From: a virus
Taxonomy: Duplodnaviria; Caudoviricetes
Reading direction: 5' to 3' (one strand)
Length of the DNA stretch: 25,495 bases
Virus record (IMG/VR): IMGVR_UViG_3300025372_000038
Location: 1 to 25,495 of that record
Shown: one piece after another, positions 25,381-25,495 of the stretch
How the letters are laid out: each line of letters starts with the position of its first letter
Position numbering within the stretch: the first letter of the stretch is position 1
Made by a program: the position numbers and the translations under genes
The notes under the pieces: generated by a model
The model's database searches: none
The model's input: only the letters and a program-made list of their open reading frames with translations
Told to the model about the DNA's origin: nothing

Positions 25381-25495
25381 AACTTGATAAATTGTAGCGA
25401 TTTTTGCCAAGGGGGAGTGCGGGAGCTAGGGTAGTTAGGTTGACTACCATTGAATTTTACGCGAAATTTTGGGGGACTAGGGGTGTGGGATTGAG

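Noticed and set aside
1-25495. Stop-codon reassignment, introns/inteins, CRISPR array, IS element, DGR target repeats
   Set aside because: Genes are full length in the standard code and end in TAA, TGA and TAG. TerL and capsid have normal sizes. I saw no regularly spaced repeats, transposase, reverse transcriptase or adenine-specific repeat pair by eye.
1-25495. Host assignment
   Set aside because: Gln-after-signal peptides and sparse Shine-Dalgarno motifs are suggestive, but capsid and sheath have AAGGA and the promoters have TTGACA. The evidence is insufficient without a search.

Overview
The window is the nearly complete virion morphogenesis operon of a contractile-tailed (myovirus-like) phage or prophage, read right to left on the minus strand. 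The order is: Zn-finger and small hypothetical genes, small and large terminase, DUF1073-type portal, Mu gpF/SPP1 gp7-like head protein, DUF2213-type protease-scaffold, decoration protein, major capsid, neck genes, DUF3383-type sheath, tube, tail chaperone with a -1 frameshift site, a short tape measure, baseplate genes and a fibre cluster that runs off the left edge. Family names come from motif recognition and synteny, not from database searches. No integrase, lysis or replication genes are visible. Main departures from the ordinary: (1) two long fibre-like proteins start with Sec-type signal peptides followed by Gln, while the true baseplate-anchored fibre is short and has none; (2) the same Gly/Ser/Thr-rich two-repeat beta domain is inserted in both the neck connector and the sheath; (3) an antisense GT-A glycosyltransferase and a 72-nt cloverleaf-like element sit between terminase and portal, with a TTGA-N18-TCAA motif on each side; (4) an R-x-N motif recurs at likely maturation sites of the head proteins, and the scaffold has a His/Met-rich tract.
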